A stretch of 57,591 nucleotides of DNA, filler included, from Bipalium vagum (GCA_037834085.1; 3 parts of 3 records of this genome joined end to end with filler, not necessarily neighbours in it), one strand, 5' to 3'. Counted from the first letter of the whole stretch, positions 38,761-53,200 are shown. Numbers and translations are program-made. The notes: a model not told the origin generated them from the sequence alone.

Positions 38761-39129
38761 TATAAGTATATGACAAGAAAAGGGATCAATGCAGCGCTGG
38801 GTTAGTATACGAACACAAATAAAACATTGACTTGTAAAATTTGAATATTTATGTAAAAATGGTATATACGATACACATATTTACCAAAAGTTGTTTAAAT
38901 ATTATCAAATTTTGTAAATAAAAAATTTTTTTTTAAAATTATGATAAATTTATATTTAATGATTCAAAATTTTATGGAATTCTGATTTGATTATATAAAT
39001 ATACAGTTAAATCTCTTTGTAACGACACACCGTCGGGAACGGGGAAACTGCCGTTATCGTAGGTTCCACTGTATTATATTAATTTGATTTGATTATATTA
39101 ATATTTTTAATTAATAATCTTTGTGAATT

Positions 39130-40050
39130 GTCCTATAATAAGTGTGCATTTTTACTCATAATTATTTTCCATTCAAATTAAATGCAAAAAAACAATAAGG
39201 TATAACAATATATAATTTAAAAGATTATTTCATGGTCTATCTATCTGTATTATATCAATTATTGATTGTATTATTAAATATTTGATTGTTATAAATTTTA
39301 GCTGATTGATGGAAAAATTTATATTCGTGTTGTCCTTCTTTCTCTCCTTAAGAAGGTATTTAAGGCAGCCCATGCGGTCCATGAAAATATATTTATATGA
39401 GAGTGATGATTTGCAAAACTTCGATCTGGCAATCTAAGCCTGAAAAATAACTATCACTTATGATCCATTGTTGAAAATAAAGCTATTTGTGGTAAGCATA
39501 AAAAGTCCACATATATGTGTTCACACAACATCACTCACACTTGGACCTTTTAAGTCAGCAATAAATAGTCATCGGCGAAAAAGACTGTATCCTGAAGCGA
39601 TAACAACCAGATCCTAACGTTTTGACAAGTTCTCACGCATTGTAATCTACAGGAACTTCTATTTCCAGGGATAGATGAGAGGTTTTCCAAAAAATTCCTC
39701 ACGTCTAATGGAAAGTGATATTTTTTGTAAATCCTAATCATAAAACACAGTATTTACCACGAGACAAACCTGTTCAGTCAACCATCAAACATGATCCATT
39801 CTGTAAGAAAGTAATGCTTTCTGTCTGTTTAAAATTTGAAAGAGTTACTTATTTTGAGCATATCCCAGCTGATGGTTGACGCAAAGCTCTAATGTGAGGA
39901 AGACGACGATAATCATAAGAAATTGTGCAGTCGTTACAAAAAATTGGTTAATATAAAGCGTACATTGATAGAACAGGATGATGAACCAGCCTACATATCG
40001 AAATTTATGCAGAAAAATGCAAAGATCTTAAAAGGAGTGGAAGTTTCGTT
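39130..40050 (+). mobile_element. Decayed mariner-family element
   Basis: IRVVLLSLLKKVFKAAHAVHE...; HDPFCKKVMLSVCLKFERVTYFEHIP; many stops. Confidence 0.6.
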
Positions 40051-40099
40051 ACAGTGCTAACTCTGTCTCATTCAGATCTTTTTCAGTCAATTTTAACTT

Positions 40100-40700
40100 T
40101 CTTCTGAATTATCTGCAAATGACATCGCTGTCATGATCTTTATTGATTTATCGTTGATTTGTTGACAGTAACTGTTGGACGTAATCGTTTTTCCAGGATC
40201 CAGGAAATTGAAATGGATCAAACCATGTTCGCACCACCAAACAGTTACCATTAGCTTTTTCTGTTGCAATTTTTGTTTTGGAAAGGTTTTTGGAGGTTCA
40301 CTTTTGTCCTGTTATTGACCAGAGCGTTGCCTATTATAGTACAAGATCCATTTCTCATCATATGTTACAATTCTATTGAGAAATGGATCGTTCTTGTTAC
40401 GGAAAAGAAGGGAAGACGCAACTTCAAAGCGATGTAATTTTTGGTTTGCATTGAGCACGCATTTGTTCAGCCTCTTCACTTTTCCAATTTGTCCGAGGTG
40501 TCTTACAATTGTTGAATGGTGAACCTGAAGTTCTTTTGCAACTTCTCTTGTGGTTTTCCTTGAATCAGATTCGATGACAGCCTCTAATTGATCGTTTTCT
40601 ACAGCAAATGGACGGCCATGACCTTCTTTTTCCTCCAGACTATAATTATTGTTTTCAAACTTTAAGAACCAACTCTGAACTGTTGTTTTGTTCATTATTG
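40100..40700 (-). mobile_element. Mariner (cecropia/Hsmar1-like) transposase fragment
   Basis: ORF 40312-40695: TVQSWF...GHGRP...TTREVAKELQVHHSTIVRHL...FLNRIVTYDEKWILY; continues KLMVTVWW. Confidence 0.92.
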
Positions 40701-41329
40701 TATTGTTTTTGCACCAACATAATAATTATAGCATTATTCATTATTATTTTTAGAATTATTATATTATTCAAGGCAGTCTTATATTTTGTTAGATTTGAAA
40801 TATTGGATGTGTCTTTGGCCAACCCCACATTACTGTATTAATTTGCTGCACTTCAACTTTATATTATCTATGTGTAAATAAAAAAATAAAGATTTAAATT
40901 CTTTTATTTGTTAATAAAATAATCGATTTCCTATTTTTCTTCCAAAATAATTATTTAGGAAGAACTCTTTTGAAAATTAATTAATCTCTAATCATTTTTA
41001 TCATTTCACAATTAATGTGATAAGTAAAATTTGACTTATTTTAAAATTGGGAAAATTTTTTTTTTAATCTGAGATGGCTAAGTGAAATTATTAATGAAAA
41101 AAGATATTGACGTTTCTATTTATTACGTAAATAGATGGTAAATAACCTTTGAATTATTTACTAAAATAATATAGAAAGTAAAATAGTAAATGATTATAAA
41201 CTTAATTTCCTGAGTAATAACATAATAAATGGAGTAAGGGGTTATAAATAAATAATTTGGAAATAAATAATTTTAACTTTCCACTTAATAAAATATTTAT
41301 CTTTAAAGAAAGCAAAAACTTGCATTTTA

Positions 41330-41655
41330 TTAGGTAAACCAGAAAGTAATGTCATTTTATAAAAATTCAAACAAATAAAGTTTGAATACATTTTTATTTT
41401 TAACCCAACACATAATTAATAGCTTTTTGTCGGATCAATAAAAATAAATTGATTTTACAGCGAAATATTTTGAAAAGCATTTTGAATATCTTCCAAATTT
41501 TCAAATTTTTCCCACATAGGAAATGGTGTAGCCATCGGAATAAATGGAAATCCGATGATGCAATGTCAGGCGAGTATGGTGGATGTGACAGAACCTCCCA
41601 CTCAAATTCATTAATTTTGTCCATAGTTCGTCTTACACAGTGCGGTCTTGCATTT
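41330..41655 (-). mobile_element. Mariner 3' fragment with a TIR related to the 29667 element
   Basis: NARPH...WEVLSHPPYSPDIASSDFHLFRWL. The TIR TTAGGTAAACCAGAAAGTAATGTC resembles TTAGGTGAACCGGGAAGTAATAT at 29667. Confidence 0.9.
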
Positions 41656-42169
41656 GTGGAGACTCCCAGGTCCGGTCCAAAATTCAATCCCAAATCCAAT
41701 ATGAAATTCTCGAAAAAACAATAAATGACAATTTTGTGATTTTGAAAAAATTCTATTATTTTAGTGTTTTTGTGTCGTATGAAAATATATTTTTATTTTT
41801 GAATAAATATAATTTTTATTTTTATGTAAGGTTTAAACCCAAGTTTAATTAATTATCCTTTCTATCTGTCTAAAATATAAAATAAAATATGAAATATAAA
41901 ATTATAGTAAAAATAATATAAAAAATATTATTATAATTATAATTAATTAAAAAATTAATCATTTTGATGATTAATTTATAAAATAGGTGGAAAAATTTTT
42001 TTAGTAACATAAAGTTACTATAAATAATTTTTTCAATAAAAATTGTAATCAATGTTACTATAAATAAATTTATAGTAAAAAATGTTAACGTGAAATCTAA
42101 AAATAATAACATAAAGTTACTATAATTAAAAGTACAAGAAAATAAAATAATATAAATGCTGAAGAATTT

Positions 42170-42440
42170 CAGTATGAAGGAACGCAAAAAAATCAACAAA
42201 AACTCAGACTCTAAGAAGAGCAAAGCGAACTCAGGCCGACAATCAGAATTCGGATCAAAAAGGACGCAACAGACCGAAATAATACTGAAGGAAATCATGA
42301 CGCGAATTAACCCGAAGAAAGCATCAGCCACAGACAATCCTGAAGAAAGTTTCAGACGCAAATAGCCTGAGAAAGGATCAGATACTAATCTAGGATAAAT
42401 AACGGACCATTTGCCTCGGTGACCAGCTCAAGGAGAAAAC
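42170..42440 (+). mobile_element. Possible non-LTR retrotransposon ORF2 relic
   Basis: EIMTRINPKKASATDNP resembles the pre-RT 'LNPKKAPGPDGIP' motif. Locally GC-richer, with stops. Confidence 0.35.
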
Positions 42441-43199
42441 TTTAACATTTAGCAAATTATTTTATTGTTATAATTTTATTAGATTTGACTACAAATCTAA
42501 ATAGATTTTTATTATTAAAAAATTAAATAAAAATAAAATAATTTTTGGGTTTCACACTGCTTACAGGTGAACCGATATCCAAATAAAAATAGTAATTAAA
42601 AACAAAGTTAAAAAACTATAATTCGATTACGAATTATAAGTTACTAATTAAATTAAATAAATACTAAGAATTGGACAGCTACTCCAATACCTTAGGGTCA
42701 AATAATTGTTATCTTTTTTCTTACTTCCCAGTATTTTCTTTTTTGTGTTCTTCACGTCTAGTAGGACGGAGAACCGAAATTTTAACTGAGGGCCCTTGAG
42801 AGTAATATACCGAAGGGTGGTCTGACTTTTCTCTTAACTCCTTATCTCGTGTTTTAACTCCAAAGTAAAATTGTATTATATAATAAAGTTGTTAGATTTA
42901 TATAAAATATATCAACTTGTTAGCTTAGTTGATCGACTAAAGTTTATCATTTTAAAAGTTAAAAGGTTTTACAATCGATATATAAAAGTTTAAAGGGTTC
43001 AAGTTTAGTAATCAACATTTTTATTGTCACTCAAATTTTAACTTCGAACGTACGCGCACTAAATCCTTCTGAATTTGCATATATTTTATGTTGAGTTCCT
43101 AAAAAGGCAACTGTCGATATTTTTAACCCAATAAAAGTAAAAAGTCCGATTTCGATCTTCTTAATCCGATTAAATATTAATAATCATTTTCATTTTCAT

Positions 43200-43830
43200 A
43201 TTATATATATTATCCTTTTAGTCGAAACTAACACATTGTCATGTTGCAGAATAATTCCTTTTCCGTTGACAATCGCTGGATATTTTTCGAGTAAATATTG
43301 ATTTACTCTATCCAATTGTTCACAGTAAAGGCAAACATTTAGTTTGTCCGCGTTCCAGAGAAGTGAATAATTTCACAAATATCCCAGCAAACGAACAAAA
43401 GCACCTTTTTGGGATGTAAACCTGGTTTAGCAGTACATAATCCAGATTTATTCGAGGAAACAACGACTTTTTCCGCTTAGAATTATCATATAAAATTAAT
43501 TTTCCTGCTGCGATCAAACGATAAAAAACATTCCTACACTGTGTCATTGAAGCAATAACTGGCGTGTAATCATTCAATGAATTTTATTGCCTTTGGACAA
43601 TTTATGAAGTACTTAAAAATTTGGTTTGCTTACTTTGCTAATCTAACGCAAATATTCATGAATGGTCAACCAAAGTTGATCAAGTGGATTTGATATTTCC
43701 TCAAATGTCTATTACTAATTTGTCTCTACGTTCGCCCTTAAGATGTCATAACCCAAAGTTGTTGGTCTTCCTGATCGACATGAATCCAGTAGATATGATA
43801 AATTCAAAAAAATGTTTGAAAATGTATTAG
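43200..43830 (-). mobile_element. Mariner fragment
   Basis: SCRSGRPTT linker; FYRLIAAG/KLILYDNSKRKKS; GIILQHDN at ~43240. Confidence 0.7.
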
Positions 43831-43889
43831 GTTAATAGAATTCCAAAATGTGATCCGGTTTTTACTACTAATGGGATCTATCAATCAGG

Positions 43890-44660
43890 AAACTATTAAT
43901 GAGCTGATAGGAGTATACGGTGAAAAGTCCCCATATGAGGCGACCATATATAACTGGATCCGCGATTTTTCATATGGCCGTAAAACATCCAAACTTGGAA
44001 AACTTTCCTAAAATAATGAAGAGATTATCACAAAATTCAAAGAAATATTAAAAAGAATTAAAAATTACTCAAGCTCAGCTTTCTGAGAAGCTAAATGTAT
44101 GAAAAAGAACCACCCAGTTGTTTCTAGACCAAATTGGATCCCGAAAGCTATGTAGCAGGTTCGTACTGAGATTTCTAACAGTCCAGATGATGGTTAAACA
44201 AAAACTGGCCTGTGAAAGGAATCTTCGTCTTCTGGATGTTCAAAAGTCTTACATCTGTGAATTTTGCATCATAAATTAGCCATGGTGACCGTCTTTTGGA
44301 ATAGAAAAGGCACCTTGAAGCTAGATTTTACTGAAGAAATCATAAATTCCGATTACTATAATATTGTTATATTCCAATTCTTACTTGAAACTCTAACTAT
44401 TCAAAGCATTCCATGAAACCTGGATCTTTTTTGCTCCATGATAACGCTCATATTCACTCATCATAGAAATCTCAAGAAACATTATCAAAAGTTGGATTTG
44501 TGCACCTGAACTATCTCTTACGGTTCAGATCTAGCACCAAATGATTTCTGGTTGTTCAACCATCTGAAGAAACATATGCGAGTACAAAAATTTGTTTCAA
44601 ATGATGATATGACACAATTTCTTATGGAGAAGGATCAAAATTTCTTTGAAATGGGGAAAA
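43890..44660 (+). mobile_element. Decayed irritans-like mariner
   Basis: YEATIYNWIRDFSYGR; RKLCSRFVLRFLT; MVTVFWNRKG; LLHDNAHIHSS; SDLAPNDFWLFNHLKKHMR. Confidence 0.85.
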
Positions 44661-46109
44661 ATAATAGTTTTCTTATAAAAATTTTTTTTCTAATAATTAA
44701 GTTAATTATTTTTATTAAAAATCCATTCATGTTTAAAATTAAATATTGGTTTCAAAACCAATAGAAATGCAATTTGGTATCGAAAAACAACCAATAGAAA
44801 GTGCGTTCCGATTCAAAAAGGGAACCTGCATGTTTTGAACTGATTATTAAAAAATTGCCGTGGATCTATTTTAAAAAATTTGAGTTATAAAAATGAATTA
44901 AATTTTGAGTTATTTTTAGTAACATGTTTAGATTTTCTTTTTTTCAAAATGTATTTTTAAATTTGTAACATCATTTGATTTCCACATTGTGTGCATATAA
45001 CATATACAATATCTTTTAGCTTGTTTCATATTTTTAAAATCGTCCATTTTAAAAAAAATATTTACTAAAAATTAAATTAAATTCGTCAAATTTTTATACA
45101 GGGTATATTTTGTAAAATAGTACTCTTTAGTTTAATAAAGTATTTTTTAAAACAAACGAATGCACTACGGTTTGAACTGTACGCTATTTAATTTTGACAT
45201 AATTACGCAATACTCATTATGCCTGTATTTTTTACGATACTTTATAAATTGTCATTGTTTTTCACATTCCCATCAAATTTGATCTAAATCAGTTAATCTG
45301 ATTTAGTTTTACATATTATATTTCTTACTACAAAGCGATTAACGTTGGATAAATTTGATAAAACGTGTCTTTGAAGTAAGAAATCACAAATTTCATAATC
45401 CATCTATAGTGCCCCAGAGACTTGATATTTTTATTTCATGACAATTTTGATATAACAATCTATGTTGAATTAAATTGACAAAACGTTTCAACTTTGTGTT
45501 ATTATATATTACTGTTCTAAGCACCTCTGAAAATAATTTTAAATAAAACTTTACAAATAGTGAAAAAAGTCATTTTTGGTAACAGGGTCAAAAAGAAAAA
45601 ATAAGAGTCATGATACAAGGGTCTTTCTGTTTTTAAAAAATAAAGGTCAAGGGTAGGATGCTGCTGAATACTCTTTTTTGTAAGCACAGAATTTTACATT
45701 TATGGTGATTTTCAAACTTTTTCAATTTTTTAAATGAAAAAATCGTTCATTTTAACATTTTTATTGAAAATAATAGCCAAATAGTATTAAGTATTCTAAA
45801 ACTGAAAATTTTTTTTTCTGTTTTAAAAATGGTTAAAGTCAGTTTTGAAGGAAAAAGTGGCCCAAAAGGGAGTTTTGAAAAACTGAAAAAAAATTTTGAA
45901 AAATCAAAAGTAGAGTTATGTAGAGTAAGATAGCGGCACTGAAAGTTCTTTTTTTATTATGAAGTGCTCAAAAAAAGTTTCTTATGTTTAGCTGCCCACA
46001 TCTCTTGGACGGCAGAAAATTCGTCAGTTAAATTAAATTTAAACCTTATTTTTAATTATTTTTTTTTCATTTTTATTTTAATTTTACTGAATTGAGTTAC
46101 CGTCTCTTT

Positions 46110-46925
46110 TATCAAAAATGCAAATATTTTTAAAAACTGCTTATCAAATTATCAATCCCTTTTTTGAAAAAGCACTAATGCAAGGTATTTTTTACACCAT
46201 CAAACTCTTTAAAAATTTTCCGTCTAAAGATTGGTCTAATGAATTATGAAAATCTAACAGAGTAAAACCAGGTGAGTATGCGGGTTAAATGAAATTCTCC
46301 CATCTGAACTCCTTAATATTTTCTTTATTTATTCTGAGGTCAGATATTGTCATGGTGGAAAATAATATATTTTCTATTGACAACTGAATGTTTTTCTGTA
46401 ATGGTTACTTTCAAACTGTCAACCTGATCAAAATAATATTGAAAAGTAATAGGTTGTCTAGCTTTAAGCATTTCAAAGTAAACCGCACCATGAATGTTCC
46501 GCCAAACAAGAGACTTTGCCGTTGAGCAACTCGCAATTCATCTTCATCAACTTGAAAATGACGGTCACTTTTCGGACATTTTGAAGATCTAAATATCCTT
46601 TCCTAAATTTATTAAACCATCGTTGACATGTACAAACGTCTAAGGAATCCCGTTAAATTTCAATGATATTTTCAGTTGATTTTCTTGTGTTATGAACAAA
46701 ATTATAGTGAAATAGCATTCAATGTGTAATGTGGTCCTCATCAATTTTACATTTATCTATTTTTTATCTGAATTTTCTAAATTTTAAATTTCACATTACA
46801 ATGAATTGATGATTTATAGATTTAAAAGATAACTAAAACAACAAATTATTAATGATAATTATATATAAATGTAGTAAATCCTTCTAATTTTGCATCTTAA
46901 GAAGACTTTACTTATGGATACCTAT
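46110..46925 (-). mobile_element. Internally deleted mariner
   Basis: CTCQRWFNKFRKG...VDEDELR; FHHDN...PAYSPG. The TIR-like TTACTTATGGATACCTATA resembles the 2089-2108 TIR. Confidence 0.75.
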
Positions 46926-47645
46926 AATAATTAATTTTTAATCAAAGCCAATGTCTAATTGTATTAATTAATTAAATTATATCTTTATTAATAATATTAA
47001 TATAATAAATAAATGAGTTGTTAAATATTTAAATAAAAATATGACCTATATTTTGATAATTTTTATTGTTAAAATAGTAATATGAAATATATGGGTGAAA
47101 ATCAATTATATTTTATACTCAGTGAAAAAAGCATGAAGTATTTGTAATAAAAGACCTTTTTCATCTATTGATATTGATTATTATGTCTACCTATATTATT
47201 AAAAATATAAGGAGAATCATAAAATATTTTCTAATTAAAAATTGTCAGTAAATTGTTAATCTAGAATTGTGAATGTTAAAATCAATAAAAAAGATAAAAT
47301 ATACAAAAAATGCCCAAGACAGCATCAGTTAAACGAGTTGAAAATTAAAAAACAAAAAATTGTTAATGATATAGCATTTTCACAAAGTCTCGTCAATTTC
47401 ACAACTCAATTGAAAGAAGTAAGGAAAATATTTTATTGTTTTTAAGAATGGTAAACTTTTATTAATGTTATTTTTATTTACAAATAAATTTAAAATATCA
47501 ATACGAATGGTTTTAAAGTCAGGAGTACAACGCGTTTCTTTTCTTATCCAAACAAAGTCTGACATTCAAACGCAGAATAATCAGAAAACTAAGTTACTGA
47601 TTAACACTATATGAAAATTTTATGTTACTAAATTTATTGATTGTA

Positions 47646-47897
47646 CAGTACCTGGTCATTGAAATAGACTCAAGTATTATTTTACAAACAATTGTATAAC
47701 CATAAAGCATAAGTTAACACCGGCCATGATAAAGAAGAGACTAGTTTGGGGACTGCAATACAAACACTACGAAAAGACACTGTTCAAAAAAAAAGAAAAA
47801 TTAAATTCTGCAAAACGGTTTTCATTAAATTGGCTTAATTTCTTACGTCAAAAAAACGATATTTTTTGTTTGAGTCTATTTCAATGGCCAGGTACTG
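47646..47897 (+). mobile_element. Tc1-derived MITE (252 bp) with 28-bp TIRs and TA duplication
   Basis: CAGTACCTGGTCATTGAAATAGACTCAA versus TTGAGTCTATTTCAATGGCCAGGTACTG (1 mismatch). Contains the Tc1 peptide LTPAMIKKRLVW. Confidence 0.92.
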
Positions 47898-47959
47898 TAC
47901 TTCTAAATAATATATTTTTTATTTTTGATGACATTATGTATCAAAAAAGGTTAAGATGG

Positions 47960-48225
47960 TTTCATCATTAGTGAAGGTTATGACATGTTTATTTTGGGAT
48001 GCAAAAGGAATTTTGTAATCAAATTACTTTGAGAAAAGGAAAAAGGATTGACTCCCAGTGTTATGTAAGTATTTAAGACTAATTGGATGAAAAGTCGTGT
48101 AAAAACAATTCTTTTTCTTAAAGACAATGCAACCGCATATAAAAGGTTGTTAACAATGACGAAATTAAATTAATTAAAGTATGACTTGCTTTACCATCCA
48201 TCCTATTCACCAGATTTGACTAGGT
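47960..48225 (+). mobile_element. Irritans-like mariner fragment
   Basis: KVMTCLFWDAKGIL...KDNATAYK...LLYHPSYSPDL. Confidence 0.8.
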
Positions 48226-48919
48226 GCATATATTTTAGACTAAGGTGCATATATTTTTGTTACCTGATATTCATTGGAATGGAAATAATAACATGCACTA
48301 TGCAACATTTTTTGCACATGAAAGACTCCTCACATCACCAAAGACTTTACACTTGACAGTTCAAAGGTTTCTGAGTGGTATGAATTTCTATAGGATAAAG
48401 TTGTCACATGGTCCCTTATTTGTGAAAAGATACCAACGTCGCAGTATGGATTAACTGCACACTGAGAAATATTATTGAAGTTTTAAAAAGATTTTTTCGA
48501 CCAGTAAATAAAAAATGACTCAATTTGACACCAGCTTTCGATAACACTGATATCTTCGATCACATGGATATGTTGAGATGTTAATTTAAAAAGATGTGTT
48601 AATTAATTAATTAAGTAATTAATCTCAAGCCAAATCCCTAATAAAAGTAATATTTCACATAACTTGCGTGCGCTAATCTTTGAAAAGAACTATTGATAGA
48701 TTTTTTTGACAAATTAAAATTTTAAAATTTACAAAAATACTAAACTGTTGGGCTGCATTAAAAAGTCTTTAGCCTAAAAATTGTTACGACTTTCCCGAAA
48801 TAGAAATAAAAGTAATACTAATACTACTACTACTAATAAAAAAATAATATCAATATTAATAATATAAATAAAATATTAATTACGAATATTAATCATAATA
48901 ATCCTTTTTCCTTTTCGCT

Positions 48920-49280
48920 GCATATATTAATTAGTTTAATTTCGCCCACGAAGAGAATTATATCATTACTGATCACTGAATAGGAGCTTTGAGAAAATGA
49001 AAAGCCCGGTTCAGTGACTATTCAATTACTACTCGTAAAAGTATACAAGAACAGACCAGCTCTTCTTTCTGAAGACTGATGAATTGATTAGCCCGAGAAC
49101 GATGATCACGAGCACTTGTTTTGCGAGGACGTTGACAATTCTTTCTTTTAGTGTTTTTCATCAGAAATACTTTCAATGCATTTTGTACAGTGCAACTAGA
49201 TATGTATAGCTTTTTAGCAAACGCACGTTTACAATCTGACCTTTTTTGAAATCACATATATCTTGTTTATAACCCATAAT
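48920..49280 (-). mobile_element. Tc1-like transposase N-terminal fragment
   Basis: MGYKQDMCDFKKGQIV...AKKLYISSCTVQNALK...RPRKTSARDHR. Confidence 0.65.
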
Positions 49281-50013
49281 CTAAAAAGCAAAAAGAATAA
49301 ATATGAATTCACTAATTTATCATTAATTCGATATATTATCAATATCACTTAAGCATAATAAATATTTATATGTATAATATTTTGGCTTAGTTGTCAATTA
49401 TACGTATAAAATTATTTTTGTATGTGGCCTTAATTTAATGGCCACTACTGTAGGAAGTTCGTTCGTACAACAAAAAAGAACCTTCCCTTTTAATCCTTTT
49501 TTAAACAAGTACTCAACAATTGTGTTATTTTGCAGTCTAAACCTTATATTTGATCTGATATTCAATTCGTGGAGTTATTTTAAATTTAACAGATATACAT
49601 TGAAATGATAAAATAATTTAATAATATTAAATTTTTTAAAAATAATGATTATTTTGTGAAAGGCTAAAAACTTTTCTTGAAATTATAATATAGAAATAAT
49701 TATTTTAAATATGAGTCTAAATAAAACAAAATGCAACCATGTCGGTAAAATATCTCTTATGTTTTCTCTTTATAGAACTAATATTCTCTATTCCAAGGTG
49801 AATGATAAATTTTGGAAATATTTTTATGCAAAAATCCCATTGATTAAACCCATAAAATCTGATTTTTTATAGATTTTTTTCAAAATATTAATTGCAAAAT
49901 ATAAAGTCCGAAAGTGAGTGAAATGAAATATTTACGAACTTTTATAATCTTATTTAAATATTTTTTTCAAAATTTTGAACTATTATTGGAATAATTTTTG
50001 GTATTCAATGTAA

Positions 50014-50167
50014 NNNNNNNNNNNNNNNNNNNNNNNNNNNNNNNNNNNNNNNNNNNNNNNNNNNNNNNNNNNNNNNNNNNNNNNNNNNNNNNNNNNNNNN
50101 NNNNNNNNNNNNNNNNNNNNNNNNNNNNNNNNNNNNNNNNNNNNNNNNNNNNNNNNNNNNNNNNNNN
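50014..50167. other. Assembly gap (N run)
   Basis: Run of n. Confidence 1.
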
Positions 50168-50215
50168 CGAAATCTGGGTTTTATTTCATTTATAATTAAA
50201 AATATTTTCAATTAC

Positions 50216-53200
50216 TTGAGTACTTGAATTAAAATCTATTCCTTCATCGACTGATGGTCGCGAATCTAAAGAACTTTCTTGGGTAGTTATTACTTCTTGG
50301 GATCTAAATTTTTCTCGAAAAGTCCGACAGCGTTCAGCTTGAGTAAAATTGACTTTTGGAAGCTCTCTGTGATCATCTATATCGTTTTCATTAGGTTCAG
50401 ATGTCGATGTTGAATGGGAAACAGAGCTAGCATAGCCATGACTTTGAGCATTTGTGTTTGAATCAAGGTCAACAGTTTTCTCTTGTTCTTCTGTTGATGT
50501 CAAGGTATCATTGTGGCGAATTCCCAATAATTGAATATTTGAATCGTCTCTTTCAGAAGTCGACAGTAATTGTTCATTCTCAATACTGGGTTGTGCATCT
50601 CGGTCATCAGAATCTGACATTAGATTGCGGCACAATTTAGGTCCATGTTGCCTATGTTGAAAATGTGAACTAAAAATCCAGTAAAAATGACTTTCACCTT
50701 TTCCTGTTACATTGTATAAATTTAAATGGAGATTCCCTATCTTCACTGTTCATTGGAGAATCCGATGTCAGAAAAAGTGTATGGGAAGTTACAGGAGTCA
50801 TTTCTAACTCTGAGTTTTCAAAGCTACTGTAAGGTGTCTCGCTTATTTTGCGCATAATCTTTAGCTTCTTTGAGCTGGTGGGACTTTGAATACTAGGACT
50901 GGGACTAGTTCCAGAAAATCGGTTTATTGCAGACTGATTGGAGGAAGGGGCCCCTATCATGCCCCCCATGAATCCCGTAGTCAAGGCTGCAATCGATTTA
51001 AGAGCATTGTTTGTCTGTTCCTTGGAATATTTTTTAACTAAACATTAAAAAATATTACTTTATCAAATAGGTGATATTTAGAATAAATCATTTGAGCCTC
51101 AGAATGTTTTAATAAGCAATAAATAGATGATGAACTCTTTAAATCTGACTTGAGTGTAATTGAGTTTCCTAAAATCTTCAGAATTTTTAGAGGGCTGTAA
51201 AATTAAATCAAATTAGCTCAGTGTGTAAGGATGTTTTCATATCATCTTTATCCACAAAGAAAATATCTCACTTTATTGCTTATGGGTAATTGCCCCTCAT
51301 ACACTGTTCAAATTGAGTTAACTTTATCGGGATTTTATTTCTACCTAAAAGTAGTACTGACATTTTCCAACCTTTGATTTGGGTATATCATTAGAAGTCT
51401 TAAAATCCATTCTAAACAGTATCAACTTTTCTCATTACTTATGGGCAATCACTATTAAAAATTGATATTCAGATCTCAACTTCCATATTGCCCAGATTTG
51501 AAACCCAGTGACTTCTTTTCATTTCCCAATGTCAAAAGATTTCTTTCCGATAAGAGATTCAATTCAAATGAGGAAGTGAAACATGAAACAGTTCAGTATT
51601 TTGAAGGATTTCCGTAAGCGTATATTTTTGAAAGCATAGAAAAAATTGAAAATCTATGGTACCTTCTGGTATTGATCTACAAGAGTCTTATGTTAATTAA
51701 AATAACTGATTTTATTGTTCTTTCTTGACTAGGCCAGGAAATTTTCGGTCAACCTAATGATTTTACAATAAATATCAAAAGTTCTTGATCTGTTTTATGA
51801 AAAAAAAAGAAAAACTCAATTTTAAATAGAATGACTTTATTCATGAAATAAATATCTTTCATTTCATTCTGGAATAAGTTTCTTTTAATCTCTATGATTT
51901 CTGATTCCATATTTATTGAAAGAATTTATGGAAAAATATCAAAAATGGGTTATGATAGTTTCTGTCTAATAATCCAACTAATCTTTCAAACTTTTGTACA
52001 AAGACAGGTGCAAATGAAAATCAGAAGGATTAATCTCTGGAGAGTATAATGGATGTATCATTATTTATTTTAGCAATCGTTTGTAGCTTGAGATATCTGA
52101 TATCGAATTATTCCATTTCTCTGATTTAAATTGAATATTTTAAATATGTTACTTCAATCAGTCCGGTACTTATATAACATGTATGAAATTAATGTTTCAT
52201 TTCCTGGGAGAAATCAGAATAAGGAAAATATTAAGTCAGTCATAGGAAAAGTTTATGAAGTTTCTTTCCTTTTTCCAGGTCCTTTCCCACTGTATGTTTT
52301 TACAGAATTCAGTCTGTCGTTTATTCCGTGCAAGGAGAGAAATGATTCAGTTTATTTCTTCTTTAAATATATACCAAGTCCGTCTGTGAAGCTTAAATAT
52401 GTATATAGTATTTTTAAATCACAAAAATGTAGTAAAGATATCAACCTCGAGGCTGACATTTTCTCTGTTGAAATCCTAAGATTTTGCATATGGTAAATGC
52501 TACTTTTCGTTGTTCATTTTTCAAATATTGCGAAAGGTTAAAATCGATTGCTTAAACAAAGTCTAATACTTCATACAAAGTAATGTTGTCATTAACATGT
52601 TAATAACAATTAACATAAAGTTTCTGTAAATCGAACTAAAACGTTTTCCAATCTTATGTACACCAATATTCCAATATACCGAGTGAGTCAAATAAATTTT
52701 ATGGCTGTGTCTGTAAAATAAAAGAAATCAATATACACTACCGACATAAAATTTGAGGCAGGGTATAAATTTATGCATTACAGATGTAAATATATTTAAA
52801 TTGTTTATTTTCTTGACATTAATTAGTGTATTTATGTTTTAATTTATGATTCTAATATATCAGTAATAGATTAAACCATTTCATCACCTGGTCGATTACA
52901 ATGAAATTATCTTATTTTTTATATAGCTTTCACACTTTTCCCATTTATCTTTATTTTTCAAAATTTCTGATAACTTAGAAATTCCTTGATCTGGGTTTAA
53001 TGCTCTTCTGATAATTTGAGACAATTCTCCCAGAAACATTTATTTTGACTCCTTTATTGCACAAATTTTTACCTTTTAATGAATTGTAATTTCTGTTTTG
53101 TTTTTCTAGCCACATTTTAATATATTTAATTTAAATAAATTAAAATTGTAAACAACATTAATCCGAAACTTTTAAGCATGATTAGAAATTTAATTCAAAA

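Noticed and set aside
41870-42361. 163-aa hydrophobic ORF (also 17209-17478 and 4527-4724) as membrane proteins
   Set aside because: The F/I/L/Y/N/K-rich composition is what extremely AT-rich non-coding DNA translates to.
51059-51195. Alternative exon PLKILKILGNSITLKSD... for the unidentified gene
   Set aside because: Its splice phase does not fit the 55019 donor (one acceptor creates TGA), while the tttag acceptor at 51038 fits directly. Not fully excluded.
52131-52496. 121-aa plus-strand ORF as a gene
   Set aside because: It is antisense to a decayed LINE endonuclease-like frame and has no motifs of its own.
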